This document shows, one piece after another, positions 58,473 through 64,000 of a stretch of DNA of 64,000 bases. Location of the stretch: the NCBI GenBank assembly GCA_033763415.1, contig JANRKP010000031.1:10202-74201 (forward strand). Reading direction: 5' to 3'. The notes under the pieces were generated by a model. The model was not told the origin of the DNA and ran no database searches. It saw only the letters and a program-made list of their open reading frames with translations. The first letter of the stretch is position 1, and each line of letters opens with the position of its first letter. The stretch comes from Candidatus Melainabacteria bacterium (GTDB lineage Bacteria; Cyanobacteriota; Vampirovibrionia; Vampirovibrionales; JAJTHC01). The position numbers and the translations under genes are program-made.

Positions 58473-59105
58473 ATGTTCAAAATGACGTTATCCTTGCACC
58501 GAGCGCGCGGTTCGGGCTTCAGTTTGGTGGAAGTACTCATCGCCGTTGGGCTGTTGGGCCTGATTGGTGCCTTTACCATTCCCAAGCTGCTGGATGGCGG
58601 CACCAAAAACACCCAGTGGAAGCGAATGGCCCAAGCCATGGCGGTTCAGCTCAGCGCCGCATACAGCAACTATAAAATGGACAACACGGTTACGGCTGGG
58701 TTTCATGCCGCACTGTTGGGTCCTTACTTTGATAACGTCAAACGAAAAACCAGCGGACTCGTTGACGATCGACCCGGGCAAGGCTCTTTGGATTGCACCT
58801 GGGCTGAATGCTACGATATGCACAACGGCGGCACGTTGATTTTGTTCAACGACAACACTTTTGGCGGCACTTCCAGTGAGTTTTTGGTCTATGTTCGCTT
58901 CGATCCAGATTCGGTTTACAGCGGTAGTTCAAGCGGGATTGGTAAATCCGTTACCTATTTTTTGTATTACGATGGGAAAATTCGTCCCGAAACCGACGCC
59001 AGAGTGGGAGACAGAACTTTTTGGTATGGAGCAGAGGCTGGATGGTCACCGCATACAGCGCCGGTCAACCCATCATACGTGCCAAGCTGGTTTAACTGGA
59101 ACTAA
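58473..59105 (+). CDS. type IV pilin-like protein (prepilin-type N-terminal cleavage/methylation domain), paralog 1
   Basis: RGSG|FSLVEVLIAVGLLGLIGAFTIPKLL. ATG 58473 follows AGGAAA. The C-terminus is ..VPSWFNWN. Confidence 0.7.
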   Translation: MFKMTLSLHRARGSGFSLVEVLIAVGLLGLIGAFTIPKLLDGGTKNTQWKRMAQAMAVQLSAAYSNYKMDNTVTAGFHAALLGPYFDNVKRKTSGLVDDRPGQGSLDCTWAECYDMHNGGTLILFNDNTFGGTSSEFLVYVRFDPDSVYSGSSSGIGKSVTYFLYYDGKIRPETDARVGDRTFWYGAEAGWSPHTAPVNPSYVPSWFNWN

Positions 59106-59147
59106 TCCAAACCAGGTTACTTTTAATATTTACCGAAACTCGCCGAC

Positions 59148-59795
59148 ATGACTAACCGGTGGGTAATTATGGAAAGTGTGCACATGATGGGCTATCAACG
59201 GACGGGTTCGGGCTTCAGTTTGGTGGAAGTACTTATCGCGGTTGGGCTGTTGGGCCTGATTGCCGCGTTTACCATTCCCAAGCTGCTGGATGGCGGAACC
59301 AAAAACACCCAGTATCGCAAAGTGGTTCAAGCCGCGAGCGTTATTTTGACTTCTGCCTATGCACAGTACAAGCTAGATAACACGGTTTCAGCCTCAACGA
59401 GCAGCATTGATCTAGTACCGTATATGGATAATGTGGAAGTCATCGACAACGCCAGTTTGACAGTAGATGATACTCAGGGGCAACCTAGCGTCTCTTGTGA
59501 CACAGAGTGGGGCGACGACATTTTGTGCATTCGCATGAAGAATGGCGGGGTCATTCATTTTATTAAAAATCATAGTTTTGCGGGCACAGGCAGTTTAAAT
59601 GCACTGTTTTTTCACGTGGATCCAGACGGAAAATACAGTGGCAGCAATAATGGTCCGGGTAAGTCAATGTCTCTATTTCTCTACTACGATGGGCGAATGA
59701 AAAGCTTCGGCGAAATTACACCCGGCACGATAAATTCTGTTACAACATTTAATCCCACACCTTCGGAGATCCCGTCTTGGTTTAGCTGGAACTAG
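59148..59795 (+). CDS. type IV pilin-like protein, paralog 2
   Basis: RTGSG|FSLVEVLIAVGLLGLIAAFTIPKLL. The start is uncertain (ATG 59148, 59169 or 59184). The C-terminus is ..IPSWFSWN. Confidence 0.7.
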   Translation: MTNRWVIMESVHMMGYQRTGSGFSLVEVLIAVGLLGLIAAFTIPKLLDGGTKNTQYRKVVQAASVILTSAYAQYKLDNTVSASTSSIDLVPYMDNVEVIDNASLTVDDTQGQPSVSCDTEWGDDILCIRMKNGGVIHFIKNHSFAGTGSLNALFFHVDPDGKYSGSNNGPGKSMSLFLYYDGRMKSFGEITPGTINSVTTFNPTPSEIPSWFSWN

Positions 59796-60876
59796 GCGGT
59801 TGAATGGGGTTTAGCACACGGGGCGCTTCGCCGGAGTTGTTGGGGCAACGCTGACAGGCGGTAGGCACGGCTTGGCTGCCACTGCCGTGAACGTTACGAA
59901 GCCATTGGAAGCTGTCGTTATTCCAAAAATCGGGCTCCCAAATTTTGGTTTCCGTTAGGCTGGCCACCTGCTGTTTTTCACAACCGGTCACAGAGCAGTT
60001 GGTATCCACTCCCACGGTGGTGTAGGGCGAACGGCAGCGACGGTTCTGGCTCATGTCTTTCTCGTGCAGCAGCGGTAGGGTCACCTGGATGGGAAACTGC
60101 GCCTCGGTCAGACTTTCTAGGTAGCGTTTGGCCTCTCGGTGATGAGTGTAGAGCGTGTACAGGGCCGCGTCGGAGGGATCTTCGGGGAGTCGGTTGTTAA
60201 AGCGCACGGCATCCGCTCCGAGTTCGGCCACAAAGGCCACCATTTCCGGAATACGTCGATAGGTGAAGACATCCACCACCATGGAGAGTTCTACCAGCGG
60301 AAATGGCTGTTGGCGTCGTTTCCGCTGGCCTAAAAACGCCTGGAGACTCTGTAGAATGTGCACAAATTGTTGGGGCGGCTTACCGGTAATCAGGCCGTAG
60401 GCGGAAGGTTTATGTGCAAAGCATTCTACCAGCAGGTGGTTGAGGGGGCTGTTGAGGATGTCTCCGGCGCGCTGCTGCAGGAGTAGTCCGTTGGTGGTAA
60501 TGCGGGTGTGGGCGCCACCCAACTGGTGGGCAGCACGGACCATTCGCAGTAAATCGGGTGTGGTCAGCGGCTCACCTGGACCGGAAAATCCGACCGAGTG
60601 CACCGTGGGCACCTGCTCCAAAATAAACTGGAAGGCTTCGAGATCGAGCGTTTTATCGTTACTGCCCAAACAAGCCTGCTCGGGGCTTAAGTGGCAACGC
60701 GCACAATCGAGCCAGCAGCAAGCATCAATAAAAACTTCCAGATGCAACGGCTCGTAGTCCAGCACGGCCTGGTGGCGCTGGATTTTATAACGGATCGAGT
60801 TGATCCACTGCGGTAGCTGATTCATCCACATCGCAACCGCATCCGTCGTTTGCAACCGCTTTGGTGTAAATCCCAT
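59782..60876 (-). CDS. radical SAM protein with C-terminal Cys-rich (SPASM/twitch-like) region
   Basis: CWLDCARC is the CxxxCxxC cluster motif. The C-terminal cysteines are CRSPYTTVGVDTNCSVTGC .. CQRC. Confidence 0.75.
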   Translation of the reverse strand: MGFTPKRLQTTDAVAMWMNQLPQWINSIRYKIQRHQAVLDYEPLHLEVFIDACCWLDCARCHLSPEQACLGSNDKTLDLEAFQFILEQVPTVHSVGFSGPGEPLTTPDLLRMVRAAHQLGGAHTRITTNGLLLQQRAGDILNSPLNHLLVECFAHKPSAYGLITGKPPQQFVHILQSLQAFLGQRKRRQQPFPLVELSMVVDVFTYRRIPEMVAFVAELGADAVRFNNRLPEDPSDAALYTLYTHHREAKRYLESLTEAQFPIQVTLPLLHEKDMSQNRRCRSPYTTVGVDTNCSVTGCEKQQVASLTETKIWEPDFWNNDSFQWLRNVHGSGSQAVPTACQRCPNNSGEAPRVLNPIQPPSSS

Positions 60877-60965
60877 AGTGTCATTATGCGCGGTTTTCTG
60901 GAAATTGGCGTCCTGTCAACACAGGAGCTTCCATAGCGAGGAACGGTTCAAACGAGCCGTTTCCC

Positions 60966-61388
60966 TCAAGATGGCTCAAAAAATGCGGCATACGGCAAAA
61001 GTTGTGGGGCCGGTCGTTGTTGGGCCGCAGAAAGGCCGTGGGCCTCCAATTGAAACAGAATATCAGCCAACGCGTCGCATAGGTGCTTGATACCAGGTCC
61101 TAGCGGGGTCGTTTCCGGCGCGTAGGCGTTCAGTTTTTCCAACGATTGGCGAAGTTTGTTGCGGGCTCCCGTGGGGTTGCCGCGTTGCAAGTGATGTAAC
61201 CCTACCGCCGCCTGCAAAACGGCCTGATAAAACCGTTTTTGCTCGCCGGGAGGCAAGGGCGCCCACAGCCGATGCTCTATCAGCTCGTGACAGTCAAAAT
61301 AACGCGCCTGGTTAAACTGCTCGCAGCAAAGTTGCCAAGCGGCCGGTTCCCCGTCCTGTAAAACCCAAAAAGTGGACGTGATTTCCAC
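60966..61388 (-). CDS. DUF309 family protein
   Basis: FNQARYFDCHELIEHRLW .. FYQAVLQAAVGLHHLQRGN. Confidence 0.7.
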   Translation of the reverse strand: MEITSTFWVLQDGEPAAWQLCCEQFNQARYFDCHELIEHRLWAPLPPGEQKRFYQAVLQAAVGLHHLQRGNPTGARNKLRQSLEKLNAYAPETTPLGPGIKHLCDALADILFQLEAHGLSAAQQRPAPQLLPYAAFFEPS

Positions 61389-61393
61389 TGAGT

Positions 61394-61750
61394 TTAGGGC
61401 GAGGTCACGCCGTGACGCTTCATGGATTCTAAAAAGCGAAGCGCGGCCTGTCGCTGGGCATCCGGCGGCACTACGCGCAGCAGTTCAACCGCTTTGGAAA
61501 CCACCGGGTCTTGATCGTACCAACGATTGCCCTTGGGGCGCGCCGTACGTTCTGCCGTGGCGTAAAACTGCTTCAGCGTTTCTGGGCCCACTGCCGCCTC
61601 AATTTTGTTAATAAAGTCCTGCGCCTGAATGCGCACATCCGCCTGAAACGACTTGAGCAAGTCCAGCACTTCAATCAGCACAGGGTCATGGTCGTACCAT
61701 CGGCGGGTGCTCGGATCCGGGGCGTTGGTGGTGTCTAAGGGAGGTGTCAT
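61394..61750 (-). CDS. hypothetical protein with an internal duplication (RWYDxDPV module x2)
   Basis: RRWYDHDPVLIEVLDLLK and NRWYDQDPVVSKAVELLR. Its start overlaps the murA stop as ATGA. Confidence 0.5.
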   Translation of the reverse strand: MTPPLDTTNAPDPSTRRWYDHDPVLIEVLDLLKSFQADVRIQAQDFINKIEAAVGPETLKQFYATAERTARPKGNRWYDQDPVVSKAVELLRVVPPDAQRQAALRFLESMKRHGVTSP

Positions 61751-63054
61751 GGCGTTTCAACTACCTGCTTTTTCTCACTGTCATCCGCTGGAACACGCTC
61801 AATGGAGGCACCCAGGGCTTTTAACTTCTCCACCACCCGCTCGTATCCCCGATCGATGTGATGAAGCTTATGAATTTCCGTTTCGCCTTCGGTTTGCAAA
61901 CCGGCCACAATCATCGCGGCGCCTGCACGCAAATCGTGCGCCTGTACCGGTGCGCCACTGAGTTTTTCCACCCCGGTAACCACGGCAATATCGCCTTCTA
62001 GCTGAATTTGGGCGCCCATCCGGGTGAGCTCGCCCACCTGTTTAAAGCGATTCTCGTAAATGGTTTCCGTCACAATGCTGGTGCCTTCGGCAATGGTAAG
62101 CAACGACATGAACGGGGCTTGCAAATCGGTTGGAAAGCCTGGGTAAGGCTGTGTTACCAGGTTTTGCGCCGTCAGCCGTTGCGGACCAGACACTTGAACC
62201 GTGGTAGGACCCAGCAGTTGAATGTCAGCCCCCATTTCCGACAGTTTGGCCATCACGAAATCCAGGTGCTGCGGGGTAATGCGATGAATGACCACCTGGC
62301 CACGGGTGCCCGCCGCCGCAGCCATAAACGTACCCGCCTCAATGCGGTCGCACATTACCGAATAGCTGACCCCGTGGAGCTGATCCGGCCGAACGCCATT
62401 GATCACAATCTCGTGGGTGCCCGCGCCACTGACATCGGCGCCCAGCGCGTTTAAAAAGTTGGCCAGGTCTTCAATTTCCGGCTCTCTGGCCGCGTTGGAA
62501 ATAATGGTGGCGCCTTCGGCCAACACCGCTGCCAGCATAATATTTTCCGTCGCGCCCACACTGGGGGTATCCAGCAATATTTTAGCGCCGTGCAACTGCT
62601 GGGCGCGGGCTTCCACGTAACCGTGTTCAATCAGCACTTCGGCACCCAGGGCCTGTAAGCCTTTTACATGCAGATCCACGCCGCGCTTGCCAATGGAGCA
62701 ACCACCAGGCAGAGACACCTTTGCCTCGCCATAGCGACCCAACAGGGCCCCGAGCACGTTAAAACTTGCCCGCATTTGGCTCACCAGCTCGTAAGGCGCA
62801 ACGCAACTGGTCACGGCACCCGCCTCAATATCGAGCACCCCGTGGGCAAAGGAAACCGTTTTGCCAAGGCTTTGCACCACCTGGGTCATTACGGCCACAT
62901 CCGACAGGTTGGGCACGTTTTCCAGCCGAACCGCACCCGTGGTTAGCAGGGCGGCTGCCATTAATTTTAAAACCGAGTTTTTGGCACCCGAAATGTAAAC
63001 ATCACCTTCGAGCGGTCTTCCGCCCTCAATGACCAGTTTGTCACCACTTGTCAC
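61747..63054 (-). CDS. murA: UDP-N-acetylglucosamine 1-carboxyvinyltransferase
   Basis: KLVIEGGRPLEGDVYISGAKNS and the active-site loop LPGGCSIGKRGVDLH. GTG start 9 nt after GGAGAG. Confidence 0.95.
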   Translation of the reverse strand: MTSGDKLVIEGGRPLEGDVYISGAKNSVLKLMAAALLTTGAVRLENVPNLSDVAVMTQVVQSLGKTVSFAHGVLDIEAGAVTSCVAPYELVSQMRASFNVLGALLGRYGEAKVSLPGGCSIGKRGVDLHVKGLQALGAEVLIEHGYVEARAQQLHGAKILLDTPSVGATENIMLAAVLAEGATIISNAAREPEIEDLANFLNALGADVSGAGTHEIVINGVRPDQLHGVSYSVMCDRIEAGTFMAAAAGTRGQVVIHRITPQHLDFVMAKLSEMGADIQLLGPTTVQVSGPQRLTAQNLVTQPYPGFPTDLQAPFMSLLTIAEGTSIVTETIYENRFKQVGELTRMGAQIQLEGDIAVVTGVEKLSGAPVQAHDLRAGAAMIVAGLQTEGETEIHKLHHIDRGYERVVEKLKALGASIERVPADDSEKKQVVETP

Positions 63055-63105
63055 CGTTGTCTGCTCTCCGCAAGTCGTCCTAAAAACACGTTTGTACCAC
63101 GCAGC

Positions 63106-63128
63106 ATATGTTATAAATCATAACATAT
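63106..63128. promoter_or_regulatory. perfect 9-bp inverted repeat (candidate operator) in the murA/mpg divergent region
   Basis: ATATGTTAT-AAATC-ATAACATAT. Confidence 0.4.
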
Positions 63129-63226
63129 CCATCGTGTAAACCACTCAAATTCTTCAATTCCCTTTGCCGCCCTCCTATGATTAAGGGAGGGGTGTGGCTC
63201 TTTCCGTCTAGCCGTGGAGGTTCCGC

Positions 63227-63811
63227 TTGCCAAGCCCGAATGACGTACTGCCTGCAAGCTTTTTCGAGCGTTCAACACTGGTCGTGGCCAGAGATCTGTT
63301 GGGAAAGCGGCTTTGTGTGCAAACCGCGCAATGGGGACGGGTGGTGTGTCGGGTGGTGGAAACCGAAGCCTACACGCAAGACGATCCAGCCTGCCATGCC
63401 TACGGTCGTAAAACCGGTCGGGCGGCCAATTTGTACGGCGCCCCAGGCACTGCCTACGTGTATTTTATTTACGGCATGTATCACTGCCTCAACGTGGTTA
63501 CGGAACCGGAAGGCCAGGCGGGTGCGGTGCTGATTCGAGGGCTTTCGCCGATATCACACCCAGAGCTCAATACTCGTGGCCCTGGACGGCTAACCCGTGC
63601 GCTGGGCATTACCCAGGTGGCCCACAACGGCTTACCGATGACCAGCAGGCAGAGCCCACTGTACTGGCAAAACGCGCCACCGGTTCCGCCTGAGGCCGTG
63701 GTGCAAACCACACGCATTGGCATTCGGCAGGCGGCAGAATACCCTTGGCGATTTTTGGTTGCCAACGATCCGTTTGTTTCCGTGCCTCCGGCTGAACCTT
63801 TGCCTTTCTGA
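63227..63811 (+). CDS. mpg: DNA-3-methyladenine glycosylase (Mpg/AAG family)
   Basis: LPASFFERSTLVVARDLLGKRL, VETEAYTQDDPACHAY and GTAYVYFIYGMYHCLNVV. TTG start. Confidence 0.85.
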   Translation: MPSPNDVLPASFFERSTLVVARDLLGKRLCVQTAQWGRVVCRVVETEAYTQDDPACHAYGRKTGRAANLYGAPGTAYVYFIYGMYHCLNVVTEPEGQAGAVLIRGLSPISHPELNTRGPGRLTRALGITQVAHNGLPMTSRQSPLYWQNAPPVPPEAVVQTTRIGIRQAAEYPWRFLVANDPFVSVPPAEPLPF

Positions 63812-63822
63812 ACTCTGGCTTT

Positions 63823-63978
63823 GTAGATTTCACCGAGGGCACGCCCTCGGTGAATGCTCGCTCAGTCAATTCTAGATCCGTCTAAACTCCTGTCGCTGCG
63901 CTGTTCACGCCTTGCAACTTCACGGTCATCTCCTCCACCGAGAACACACCCTAACGTATCGGCTGGCGTTCATTGAAA
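63823..63978 (-). repeat. dispersed intergenic repeat, copy D (contains a 10-bp GC-rich hairpin at 63831-63852)
   Basis: AATGCTCGCTCAGTCAATTC..CCGTCTAAACTCCTGTCGCTGCGCTGTTCACGCC .. CATTGAA matches copies A and C. CACCGAGGGC-AC-GCCCTCGGTG replaces the TGCTGTTGTTGC block. It starts ~12 nt after the mpg stop. Confidence 0.7.
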
Positions 63979-64000
63979 AAATTGTCTTCACACAGAAGCC

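Noticed and set aside
1-64000. Scan for tRNA, rRNA, tmRNA, RNase P, IS elements and prophage genes
   Set aside because: I found no T-loop/acceptor architecture, rRNA-like conserved blocks, transposase/integrase motifs (DDE, Tyr-recombinase R..H..R..Y) or phage structural genes by eye. A covariance-model scan would be needed for certainty.

Overview
The window reads as a moderately GC-rich, gene-dense bacterial chromosomal segment. I cannot assign a lineage from the sequence alone. I saw no rRNA, tRNA, CRISPR array, transposase, integrase or phage genes.

Layout:
- 1-18.1 kb: a Wzx/Wzy-type envelope-polysaccharide locus. It holds a pseudopilin, a polyprenol-P GT2, GatD, a GT4, a Wza-like exporter, a PCP/Wzz-like protein with a very long disordered N-terminus, a Wzy/O-antigen-ligase-like protein, a Wzx flippase, and four tandem paralogous GT2 genes.
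- 18-28 kb: two orphan genes, then glgX, a CDF metal exporter, leuS and pepA.
- 28.5-33 kb: an operon of three orphan single-pass membrane proteins behind a 711-nt ORF-free AT-rich leader.
- 33.6-52 kb: an asnB-like gene plus an MsbA-like ABC exporter, topA, a membrane-anchored HExxH orphan, fabI, uvrA, pyk, a rhomboid protease, hemW, tadA and a DUF2203 gene.
- 52-64 kb: an envelope/pilus-flavoured block. It holds a 312-aa protein with an Flp-pilin-like N-terminus, an LCP protein, a secreted orphan, a tautomerase, an ALDH, two tandem type-IV-pilin-like paralogs, a convergent radical SAM gene, DUF309, an internal-repeat orphan, murA and mpg.

Most notable non-genic signals:
- A dispersed ~110-155-nt intergenic repeat family with at least 5 copies in both orientations, mostly abutting stop codons.
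- Pervasive 11-18-nt tandem duplications in intergenic DNA, including an 18-bp x ~3.8 array just upstream of the first pilin-like gene.
- A recurring short N-terminal P-[AV]-x-[RH]-F-G-like motif shared by several orphan proteins.

All product calls rest on motifs I recognise by eye in the translated ORFs. No database search was run.
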